A stretch of 64,000 bases of DNA. Origin: Klebsormidium nitens (Eukaryota; Plantae; Klebsormidiophyceae). The stretch covers positions 13,614 through 77,613 of the forward strand of contig DF237386.1 in the NCBI GenBank assembly GCA_000708835.1, in the 5' to 3' direction. The position numbers were made by a program, and so were the translations under genes. Below are positions 10,801-20,993 of the stretch, in pieces. A model generated the notes under the pieces. The model had not been told where the DNA came from, did not search any database, and was given only the letters and a program-made list of their open reading frames with translations. Numbering within the stretch: the stretch's first letter is position 1; every line of letters starts with the position of its first letter.

Positions 10801-13800
10801 CTCCGCGGGCAGTAACCTTGAAGGGACAGTGACGTGATCGATGACGTGACCGGAAGTTTTGGGGAACCGAATTAGTCGACGGTATACGAAGAAGTGCATC
10901 CCTGAAGGGAAAGGAGGATCCCTGGGAAAATGAAAGGCACCTTGGGAACTCAAAACAAGAACGTGTCTTGAACGCAACAGCTGAAAGCAGCAGGAATGGT
11001 TTTGCAGGAAGGGGTAATGAACGACAGTGACCTCAGCAAGTACGTCATCAGCCTGTACTGGGCCTTCTCCACGCTGTGCACGGTGGGCTACGGGGACGTC
11101 GTGCCCAACACGACGCTCGAGCGGATCTTCACGATCTTCGCCATGCTAGTTGGGGCGACCGTCTTTGCGTACTTCATGGGTGAGTTGGACACGTTTGATT
11201 GATCCTGCGAGCTCGCAATCTGAGGCTCTCCCTTCATTACACAGAAAGCTTTTACCATCTTTTCTACACTAGTTGCGTCCACTCTAATCAGGCAAATTAC
11301 ATCCGCTTTTGCCCGCGTCTGGTAAGCCCCTCATTTTTGGAAGTTTGTGTTCAGATGGACAGAAGCGGTTGCTATTGTTTTGGGTTTAACGAGGGCAAAC
11401 GTAGTTGGATCTTTGGACTGAGGAGTCATAATCCTTAGAAAATGTTTTTCTCTCCCGCCCAAAACCCGGAGCGATTTTACAGGAGGTCCCGTCACCTTTT
11501 TCCGTTTCATCGGCCTTTTCTTTGCTGGGGTCGCTTCTGCCGACAAAAGGACACATAATTCTGCAGCAGCGACGCTAATTCAAAGCGTCAATTTGGTTCT
11601 GCGCCGTACTTTTCTGATGATCTCAACTTCCCCTATGATGTCAAACTTGCCCATGTGTGAAGTCAGCTCTGGGTCGAAGCCGGTGGCATACCTGAACGTA
11701 CGTGGCGGAGAAGGTGTGCCAGGAGCGGAATGGAGGTTTTTGAATTCTTTCGAAACGCTCGCGCATCGAAGATTCTTACTCAAGGTTCAGACGTCGAGAT
11801 GGAGTGCTCACGTCATTCTTGTCTTGACTGACGTCAAGTAACCAGTTGTTACAGCGGCGGATGTGGACCGAAAAGCGGCGCGCCAAGAGCGATAGGTGGA
11901 GGGCGTCAACTCGTTACCGCGCTCACCTTCATTCTTTAAAGTTTCGATTTCCAGAGAACAGAGGGTGACGTTATCATCTTTTGCGTGACATCAGGTAATA
12001 TGTCAGTGCTGGTAGCGAACCTGGACCAGGAAGCGGCGCGCCAGGAGCGGCAGACGGAGAGCATCATTCGAGCCATTGCTCGAGCACCAAAAGCATTCCT
12101 TCTTGAGACCCTACTTTCTGAAAAGGCATGGGCGTCAGCATCTCTTTGCGTGACGTCGGGTAACATGTCGGTGCTGGTGGCGAACCTGGACCAAGAAGCG
12201 GCGCGCCAGGAGCGGCAGATGGAGAGCGTCAACTCATTCTTGCTCTTGTGCTCAAAAAAACTTTCACTCAAAATTTCCGATGCCTAAGGAAGTGGAGGCT
12301 GACGTCGTTGTTCTTTCACGTGACGTCAGGTAACATGTCGGTGCTGGTAGCGAACTTGGACCAGGAAGCGGCGCGCCAGGAGCGACAGATGGAGAGCGTC
12401 AACTCGTTCCTGCGCTCGCGCCACATCCCGAAAGACCTCCAAACGCGCGTGCGGGACTACTACCGCTACCTGTGGCGGCACCAGGTGAGAAAAATGAGGA
12501 CTTCAGCTTTTTCCGTTCGCTTAAGGGTAAGGTTAAAGGGTTTGAGCCTTCTGGGGTTGGAATCTCCGATCAAGGGGTTTGACAATCTGCAAAGTCTGGA
12601 TTGTGCGCTGGCTGCAAGGACTCCCTCGTTGCAACACGGTGTAGGTCCTTGGCTTGAATTTGCTGCCGGAAAAACTATCAGATTGAGCCGCCCAAGTGCT
12701 GCGGTTGCATAGGCTTCCGCGCAAATTACAGCGTATGGTCCAGTCAGGCGCCTAGGTTTGAGGACGACATTGAATACTCTCGAGTTGACGTCTTTTCGGT
12801 CGTCCTTCTTCAGACGATTCGGGAAGAACAACCCATGTCTTTTGTTGCCAATCGCATGGGCGTCCAGGGATAGAAGCGAAAAATGTGATTGACCCAGAAA
12901 AGACCGAATTTCTTCTCCTGAAGTTCAAAGTTTGTGCTTTGCAGGTGCACAGCGAGGAGAACATGATCATTACTGGTCTGAACGCCAGCCTTAGAACGGA
13001 CGTAGTGCTTTACATGTATAGAGACATGTTAGAAAAGGTGGGTCTTTCTCCCTGTTGTGACGTTTTCCCATCTGCCTTCAAACCTTTTCATTGCCTGCAT
13101 TATGTTTTCAACACTGCGAGAACGACTTTGTTACCCCTTTTACCCTAAGGTTGGGTATTGAGTACAGAGTGCCATGTAAGGTTGAGAAGATCTGGAGTAA
13201 GAGGGCCGATCGATATATTCTCTGCTCCGATCATTTTCTGTTAACCAACCATCTACCATCCACGTACGTCGAAATTGAATCCTCTTTCTAGACACCTCAG
13301 GTCAAGTGCTCCTGCAGCCGCTTTGAACTCCCGGTCGTCGACTCTAGCTTCTACTGGAAGCATCCCCACTTCAACTTCTTTCGTCTGCACGCCAACTCCC
13401 TTGCGCTTCAACCTTTCGGATAGCCTACAAGCAGCTTCTGTCGGAAAGTGCAGGCTAATCGCACTAAAGCCCCTTTTAACCGTCGTTTCTTCCACGGAAA
13501 GTCCCCCAGTTCATCTCCTTCCTGATCCTAAAGTCTTTGACTGAAGTTCACTTTGTATCTAGGTTACATCTTTGTATAGCTTGATAAAGATCAATTCACA
13601 GCCCACGCTTAAGCCGTCGTAACCCAGGTCCCATTCTTCTGGGAAACCCCCCCAGTTCATCTCCTCCCTAGTCCTCTGCCTGCGCCCCGAGTAGTTTCGT
13701 TTTCCAACTTTTCTCGACCAATTACAGGAGGTTTCCGGATCCAATAGCAAACTTGTTTCAAACTCCGGGAAGCCCAGCCTAACCTGATCCCTAACCTTCC

Positions 13801-16296
13801 TTTCCAGGTCCCTTTCTTCCACGGGAAGCCCCCCCAGTTCATCTCGTCCCTGGTCCTCTGCCTGCGCCCCGAGTACTTCGGCCCCGGCGACTTCATCATG
13901 CGCGAGCATGACATCGGCAAAGACATGTACTTCATCGTGGAGGGCCACGTGCACGTTCTGAGCGCGCGCGCTGGAACATTTGTCAAGAAACAGGGGGAGT
14001 ACTTTGGGGAGATGGCGCTGATCACCGGGATGAGGAGAAGCGCTTCCTGTACCGCGCAGACGTACTGCGAGCTGTACAGCCTGAGCAAGGAGAACCTAGA
14101 ACGGGTCCTCCAGGTGGGTGTGAATAAGCCCTTTCAATCCGTGTTGCATGGGCTCTTCGTAAATGGTACAACAACCCTAATGAGAGTCAATCTGGCTGTG
14201 AGTTGGAAAGCCTGAACAAGGAGAACCTGGAGCGGGTTCTGCAGGTGGGTGTGAATAGGCCCATTATCAACCGTGTTGCATGAGCTTCGTTCGGAATAGA
14301 TATCACACTCCAAATCTTCAAGAGACGATTCTGGCTGGGAGTTGTACGGAGCAAGGAGAACCTGGAACGGGTCCTGCAGGTGGGTGTGAATAGGCTCTTT
14401 CCATGCGTATCGCTATCACTATCGACATTCTTCGATATCATTCGGTTTGCTTGACGATTTGGAATTCTATTCCGTCCGCGAGCTGTAAAGCCTGCGCAAG
14501 AAGAATCTGGAACGGGTCCTGCAGGTGGGTCTGAATGGGCCCTCTGCTCGAGTATCCATTGCGTTGGAGTTGGACGACTCCTGAGCTCCGCAGATGGGTA
14601 TGGTTGGGCTAGTTCAAGAAAGAATCCAAGTATTTTGGGGTCAGAGTCCGCTCGTGCTTTGGTTCTGGTTAATGTTTTTCTTGACGTTTGACCGCTCAGG
14701 TCGGTCGAGCAAGGAGAATCTGAGTCCGACGCCACCGCGCCCTATATTCCTTTTCGATGTGACAAGATTCTTCCCAGCTTGATCAAGTCAACCTCCCTCC
14801 CGCAACGTTGCGCCACGTGACTCGTGACTTGGCGGCGCGGGTCCAAGTTCAGATCCATTCTCTTTTTCGCGCTTCTCATTCGCCGTTCCTCCGACTTTCC
14901 TTCCGCTTTGCTCCTCTCGAGAACTTCATCTCCTCCTCCGCAGGAAGGGCCCACATCTGGATGCGGTTTCCCAAGCGAGGGCCCGGCGGATCACGGCCCT
15001 CCCATGAGCGTCTGTTTTTGACCTGGTTTCTGCTCGAATTGCGTCTTTGCGCCCTTCATTTCTGAATCTTTGCATCCCCCGCCGCCCAGGTCGGGGCCGG
15101 AAGTGCCCGCGGCTTTTCCTTTCAGGTCCTTCGAACCTTACTATTTCCCGCGGTCCCGGAAAGTCAGGAGTGTGCTCCAAATCGTATTCCAAAATCGAAG
15201 CGCTTGTTTTCACACATACTCCGCTGACCGAGGACTGACCCCGAGATCGCGCTCGACTAACACGAAGCGAGGACCTTGCTCGTATATTTGCGTCAGATCG
15301 TTATCCTTGCTAAGCCTTTCTCATATTGTCGTTTCGCTCCTCTCTTTCAACTCTATGAAGGCTAAGATGTTCCCGCCCTTCCGCCGGATTGTTCGAGAGT
15401 CACGCAGATTACCTGAAGAGAAGATGGCCCGCACGCATGCGTCAGCCCGTCGCACTCGTTGAGGTTTTCCGCCCTGCCGTTCTGTTCAGATCTTCAAAAA
15501 TTCCGTCGCAACACTCGCTACCGCAGGACTGGCTCAAGATCGCCTTCGACTTTTGTACCCAGGCGCTGCCCCGCATGCGTCACCTCGTCCCTCTCGCTTC
15601 AGCATCCCCCACGCGAGTGTTGTTACACTCCACTCTTCTCACCCCTCCCCGCCGAAAACGCTAACGTCCCCTTCTCCCCCGATCCCCGCCCAGCAGAACT
15701 GCCCCGACAAATGCGCGCAACTTTTGACAGCGGGGGCTTGGCCTCTGTGCGCCAGCTCATTGATCGTCCAAAAATTCTTCCCTTGGAAATTTGAGTCCCA
15801 CCCTTTCCCCCCATAAAGCGCAAACGTTTTCCGCCCCCCTGCAGGACTGGCCCGAGATCGCGCGCGACTTCTACAGCGAGTGCTTGGCCAGTATCCGTCG
15901 GCTCTTCTTTCGTCCAAAGTGGTTCTCATTTGAAGATCCGTCCCACCCTTTCCCTCATAAATCTCTAACATTTCCTCCCCCCCTCCGCAGGACTGGCCCG
16001 AGATCGCGCGCGAATTTTACAGCGAGGGCCTAGCCCGCATGCAGGACGCGGGGCTGACGCCCAAATCGAGCACGGCCTTGCAAGCGGCGGCCGTGGAGGA
16101 GCAGCGCGCGCTCACAGGCGCGCGGGGGCGGCGACGGACGGGCGACGCGGCCGCAGCGTTAATAGATGCCGACGAGTCGTCGTTCCGGGCCGCGCTGGTC
16201 GGGAGTCCGTATGGCGCGATCGGGGTGTCCGAGCGGAGCCTTGTGGAAGGAGGAGACGCGCAGACGAGACACCGGGGGAGGCGAGAAGGGAGATAG
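4812..16296 (+). CDS. Voltage-sensor, cyclic-nucleotide-binding-domain K+ channel (6TM CNBD/Shaker-EAG-HCN superfamily), ~858 aa, 11 exons
   Basis: Exons 4812-4930, 5793-6588, 7217-7324, 8325-8564, 9164-9268, 10075-10251, 11008-11179, 12330-12484, 12945-13037, 13808-14113, 15991-16296, all phase-compatible with GT-AG. S1 FRKSWD, S2-S3 LDVVFFLDILVNFRSTY and YLKTWFVLDAIS, S4 KIFRLNKLVKLLRVLRL, pore SLYWAFSTLCTVGYGDVVP, C-linker, CNBD YFGEMALITGMRRSASCTA. The start codon at 4812 is less certain than the core exons. Confidence 0.93.
6610..6890 (-). pseudogene. Inverted, degraded copy of part of the last exon of the 52719-55863 gene, inside channel intron 2
   Basis: Minus-strand translation LETGVEPRGLQATLAELHGAVASIGDPFG matches LEAAVEPRSLRAALAELHRAVASFGNGFG at ~55110-55190. 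Nucleotide similarity is visible over ~280 bp (54980-55270). Confidence 0.8.
7650..8330 (+). repeat. Four degenerate copies of the acceptor and 5' part of channel exon 4
   Basis: Copies of GCAG|GTTTGTCTAGTCTACATCGTGATCGTGGTCCCGTACACGGTCGCGTTCAAC start at 7663, 7821, 7969 and 8159. The real exon starts at 8325. Confidence 0.92.
8599..8634 (+). repeat. (CCGTTT)5 microsatellite in channel intron 4
   Basis: Five perfect CCGTTT units followed by CCATTT. Confidence 0.95.
9781..10135 (+). repeat. Tandem triplication (~140 bp unit) of the acceptor and 5' part of channel exon 6
   Basis: CTCCCAG|TTGCGGGTG...GAGTT.GACGTTCGAGGCGCTGG...ACCACGTGCC at 9795, 9934 and 10075 (real). The intervening CCCGCACTGCAAAAGCCGCTTTGAATTC segment is also repeated. 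Confidence 0.95.
11840..12400 (+). repeat. Degenerate copies of the acceptor and 5' part of channel exon 8
   Basis: GTAA(C/T)ATGTC.GTGCTGGT.GCGAAC.TGGACCA.GAAGCGGCGCGCCAGGAGCG at 11995, 12160 and 12330 (real), plus a more decayed copy at ~11860-11920. Confidence 0.93.
13480..14720 (+). repeat. Echoes on both sides of the CNBD exon (13808-14113)
   Basis: Acceptor-side copies at 13628 and ~13481. Donor-side copies of AAG(G/A)AGAA.CT.GA.CGGGT.CT.CAG|GTGGGT have GT at 14245, 14380 and 14525 (real donor 14114), plus a remnant at ~14705. Confidence 0.92.
15230..16040 (+). repeat. Degenerate copies of the acceptor and 5' part of the last channel exon
   Basis: CAG|GACTGGCCCGAGATCGCGCGCGA-like copies at ~15233, 15527, 15697 and 15845. 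The real exon starts at 15991. Confidence 0.88.
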
Positions 16297-18994
16297 GGTC
16301 CCGGACGTTTGCTTCATGGTGCCGCCGCGAACGCCGTCAGGCGCCGGGCGTCGTTACCTGTTAAAACTCACGTCTAACACTCGGCGACTTAGACTCGTGA
16401 TGTAGGTTAAGGCTAGGCGAGTTGTAGACGTACGTTGCGGGTGCTTGATCGTCACCACAGAAGTGCTGCGCCTGTTCTCAGGTGGATCGTTGACACTTGA
16501 AGAGAAGTGAATGTCCGTATTTCAGGACTAAATAATCCTTAGTACTAACTTGCTGATTGTGACGTAGAGCTGACGGATACAAACTTCGAACCAAACTTTG
16601 AACCAGTTGCATAATTGCATTCCAGCATTAAAGTCCGTCCCCTAAATGACACACCTTCAGCGCAGGGCAAGAGGTTTCGAGACACAGCCTGGCCACATTG
16701 ACACCGTCTCTTGGTCACATGACTCGACCCGAGTGCCAACGACATCGCTTAGTCATTGTCGTTAATGAAGGCAACCAGCATCCGATCTATGCAATGTACT
16801 AGAAGATCGATTCTTACCAACGTCCGCCGACTATGATCCAGCTGCTAGCTATTGCAAATAGTGGTATACTGTAACTGCATGCTACTTGAGGGTACTTGCT
16901 TATCGCTTCAAAACGTTCCTTGCTGACCTCGGGCTCTCGGGCATAAGCTTTTGATCGGAGGTGGCCGCCATCAAATGAATGATGATGCATATAACGTACA
17001 AAGGATGCTAAGTTGATCGACGTTTCTTGCATGAGGACAATACGGTCAGTTGAGAGCCATGTTGACTTGAACCTAGACATCTTTTAGATCGCAACCGGCC
17101 GAGCTGAAGTTGGACATGTGATCATACGATCAATCTAAGCTGCAAATTGAAGATTGCTGAGTTCGTCTAGAGAACCGTCCATTAAGAGTACATTAAAAAA
17201 TAGTGGGCCGGGGTTCGACGCCATGCCTAACTCACATGCATGCGATGCGTAATGAGTTAGTATCGTTGGAACTCAGCGCATACACTGATAGTTAGCCGCG
17301 GAATAAAATCCGCTGAGTTGAGGCCTGGGCGGCCGCGCAACCCCGTCCCATGCAATCATTCAGTTCCGATCGACTATACATCAATCGATTGCAATCACTG
17401 GCATGATCGATTAAGATCGACCAGACTTACACACAGAAGCGCCGGCCAAAGTTCGATATCATGTATGTTTTGCAATAACTAAGCTATATGCGTTAGTACA
17501 TGCCATGCATGTATCATACAATATATAACAGATTGGATAGGACGTCGAAGCTCCGGACCACATGCACTCAGTGAGCGGACCGGACTCGGGGTTGGATACT
17601 TTAGGCACGCGAAGATGCAGATCGTCCGCGGTCATCAGATCTTGATCGCAAAATGAACTTATGATATCATGCATGAGCCGGCCACTACACCATCAATTAC
17701 GCATCATTGGTGGACTCGATGGACGGTCCGATCGTGTGGGGCTTTGTTGCCACCGCGGAATCATCGGATCATCCGATCCGATCAAAACTCTTTAGCTCGT
17801 TTGGATGGTCCGATCAATGATAGCTTTGATGAGTCATGCACTCAAATGCATGCCGAATATAACCGAGTCGAGATTACATAAATACGAGCTACCCAGCTAG
17901 CTAGCTTGGTATTTTATTAGTATGTTAGACACGAAATCTGTTATTTCTGGTACAGTGACGATCATATAACACTTAAGTTAACAATGAAGACATAATTCTA
18001 TCACCGTTCAATCAAGCGGCGACCATACGGTCCATACCCAACTCAAGATGCTGAAGGAAAACGGGGACCTGGACCCTTTGAATGGCGACCCAAACCGGAA
18101 ACTCTGGCCCGTTCCGAGTCATCAATCCTTAGAATCATATGTTGCGAGCCCTAGCTGAGGTTCCAATGCATCACCTTGAGCACGACAAACTTGAAAGGCC
18201 GCCGCTGCAACACAAGGAGCCGAAATGGTATATTGATCAACGGTGCCTTTCCACGTCGGAAGCAAATGAAACCGTTTCGTTAGTAAGCAATTTCCGCTCC
18301 AAGCAATGCAGATATCTGGGGGAGAGGGCACGCCACTAGAATTCGGACTATCTTCGGACACGGACCCTACTACAATTGTTTCATCCCATGCACCCGATGC
18401 TCGCTCGTATTTGCCAAGCAACTATTCGAGAGGTTCCAATGAGGCTGGCTGACATGGTCAATCCCGAAACCGATTGCTGTCGAACAGCTTGTGGAACTCC
18501 AACACGTTTGGTTCCACTGCAACCACAAAGGGGAAAAAGGTGGTCAACGATCAACTCTATTCTTGCGGGAGTTCAATCAACTCTGGCATGACTACTTGAC
18601 TTGACATTCACATGGGGCTGCCCGAAACTCATCTTGTCTCTTTCCAAGGATGTGTTCATAGGTTCTATGGGCACTGAATGCTATTTTTGAGGCTCGCTGG
18701 CTTTGCTACGGACGCTCTATCCAATATTACGCTTGCAAACTAGGCAAACGAGTACAGTCATGGATGCTCCTTCGAGAATCAAATCGGACAAGTAGACAAG
18801 TAGACTTATGATCCGATCTAAAAAGGGTAAGCACCGATGCGTGCTGACGCAATCGGTTTTCAATTAGAAATTACTCTTTTCACTAGTACCTCTCGGATCA
18901 GCCGTGTTTTTTCAGGGGTAGCCCTAAGTACTGAGAGCAGATTGGGGAGCAGAACTTACAAGTCCTCTTTGTTATAATCTGCTTTCTTGCAATG

Positions 18995-20482
18995 TCAACT
19001 TTCCTCGAATCGAAGTCCACTTCCAAGTCGCGATTTCCCCTTGACAACAGGGAGGCCACTCGCAAGGAAGCCAAATCTGTAACTCCAGGAGTGACTAGGA
19101 TGCCAACCATAAGGGATGCCAGAATGAGTCAAACCGATGCACATGGTATATGCAAGCAAAAGACTGACCCGATACACAATCTCACCTGGGAATTGCGGGG
19201 TCACGATCTGGAGCAGCGGGTACTTTGTGGGCGCCGCCATCAGCCACACCACCATGTCCCTTTGCACAAACTCCCCTAGATGCAACTCGAGCCTCTTCAA
19301 GAGCGGCGCATTGCTCACGAGCCAAAGGAAGGTCTTGAAACACCGCCCCGTCAGGGGGTGCGGCAAAGCTAAGCACAAGGTCTCGAGGCGCGGCATCTGG
19401 TGTTGATGCACCCAGCATCCGGGGGTTGCGGTGAAGATCTCAAAGACGGCAACGTCCATTGTCAGCTGCTCCAAGCGCCGCAGCGTTTTGAAACATTGGC
19501 TTATGCAGATCTGCTCGCCAGCGTAGTCCTTGACACCGGAGTAGAGCTCCGAGTGACCATCGATCAGACACCACCGGGGCCAGCGGAGATCCAGAACTTT
19601 CAATCTTGGAAAAGGGTGCACCACCTGGTGTAAAATGGGGGCCCAGACTATGATCTCGTCATCTTCTGGTTCTTCGAAGTAACCAGATATGGGACCTATG
19701 GATAAGTCCTCTATGGATTTAAAGTCTCTCCTTGATGCAGCTTCAAGAACAACCCCGGGGCAAAGCCGAAGGTTCTTGAGCATCTGCGGGGTCTCTACCT
19801 TGAGAGTTCCATTGAAGTTCTGCAGGATCAGCGTCTCCAGCTCTGGCATGTTAAGAGTCAAGATCTCAAGCGGTTCCCCATCAATCAAGACAACTTGTTC
19901 AATGACAAGTGTCTTCAAGGATGTACCCTCCATGAGCAGTCCCGTGGTATCCACCTCAAGCACGCCAATCTCCAGGTATACCAGGTTAGGGCAGGCAACT
20001 TGGAGAAGCAGATTGAAGGGATATCTAGTCCAAAACGTGCCTACTTTCAAGTGCGACAATGCTCTTAGCGTCTGTAAAAGGGTACCTCCTGGCCCTGTTA
20101 GGATTGCCAAATTTGGGACTTCTAACATTTCAAGTTGAGGCCAGCCTCCTGCCAGCATTTCCAGGTCATGAAGACCAATCTCCCGACCTTTTTTCCCCTC
20201 AAAATGTAGCTTCTCCACCGAGGGTAGCTCCCTCATCAGTGCGTCGAAGAACGCTTCCAATGTCCCCTCTGATGAAAGGTCGATGTTCTCTGCGACACTG
20301 ACCTGCAGCTTTTCAATCTGTTTGGAAAGAGTCCTGAGTTGCTTGCAGACTCCCCGATACTTGAAGACTTGTTCTGCGGTGGCTGGCAGATGATTCAGGA
20401 TCTTCAAGAGAATCGCCTCCGGGAGGTCCAGCAGGCAACCGCTGAAACAACCCCTTGAACCAGTGGCAGTGCTTGGCGCCAT
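18995..20482 (-). CDS. Intronless F-box/LRR-type protein, ~495 aa
   Basis: Open frame 18995-20548, first ATG at 20482. N-terminal F-box motif LLDLPEAILLKILNHLP...YRGVCKQL followed by LxxLxL-type repeats (LPSVEKLHF, PQLEMLEV, PNLVYLEI, PELETLIL, PRLKVLDL, PLLKRLEL). Confidence 0.85.
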   Translation of the reverse strand: MAPSTATGSRGCFSGCLLDLPEAILLKILNHLPATAEQVFKYRGVCKQLRTLSKQIEKLQVSVAENIDLSSEGTLEAFFDALMRELPSVEKLHFEGKKGREIGLHDLEMLAGGWPQLEMLEVPNLAILTGPGGTLLQTLRALSHLKVGTFWTRYPFNLLLQVACPNLVYLEIGVLEVDTTGLLMEGTSLKTLVIEQVVLIDGEPLEILTLNMPELETLILQNFNGTLKVETPQMLKNLRLCPGVVLEAASRRDFKSIEDLSIGPISGYFEEPEDDEIIVWAPILHQVVHPFPRLKVLDLRWPRWCLIDGHSELYSGVKDYAGEQICISQCFKTLRRLEQLTMDVAVFEIFTATPGCWVHQHQMPRLETLCLALPHPLTGRCFKTFLWLVSNAPLLKRLELHLGEFVQRDMVVWLMAAPTKYPLLQIVTPQFPGEIVYRVSLLLAYTMCIGLTHSGIPYGWHPSHSWSYRFGFLASGLPVVKGKSRLGSGLRFEES

Positions 20483-20993
20483 CGTTAGCAACAGTGTTTT
20501 CTGGAACGGCAATGCTGTACCCTGCTCAATCCCGCTCAATGCTGTCACAATCAGTGTCAGCAGGAAGCATTCTCGTGGGCGAAACGCCAGCTTCGCCCAG
20601 AAACTGAGAAAGGAAGAAAGGAAGCGGCAAGTGAGAAAGCCCTAAATCTCGAATTTCCCTAGCTCCGCAAAAAGAAGCCTCCAACTCCTGAGCAAATAGC
20701 GTCGGTGTGACTCGTTCCTGTGACTCTGCATGCATGCTTGCCAGCACGCGCAGTCAAAAGCCAGCCAGCAAAGCAGGAGGAATGAGCGCAGAGAGGCTTT
20801 GATGGGGTGTGGATTTGGATTTTCGGCTTGACAGAGCGTTGCGATCTCAAAGATTGCTGCTGCAGTGCATGTTGCAATGCTGAGGAGTCAGTCCGGAGGC
20901 CATTGATCTAGCAACTTAGATTGTCCTCTAGAGCACGCTTTCGAGTGGGACGGTTTTTGTACATGTGAACCCCTTGTATTGAAGGTGCTGATC

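Noticed and set aside
7650-16040. Regularly spaced repeats with variable spacers suggesting a CRISPR array
   Set aside because: The units are 130-190 bp degenerate copies of exon boundaries, not 23-50 bp identical repeats. There are no cas genes and the context is eukaryotic.
17200-17230. GGGTTCGA T-loop-like motif suggesting a tRNA (also at ~1764)
   Set aside because: No cloverleaf, D-arm or acceptor stem can be formed around it.
18010-18135. GCGGCGACCATAC start reminiscent of 5S rRNA
   Set aside because: The downstream sequence lacks the conserved 5S blocks (CCGGATCCCATC.GAAC, AGTACT.GGATGGG.GACC) and a closing stem.
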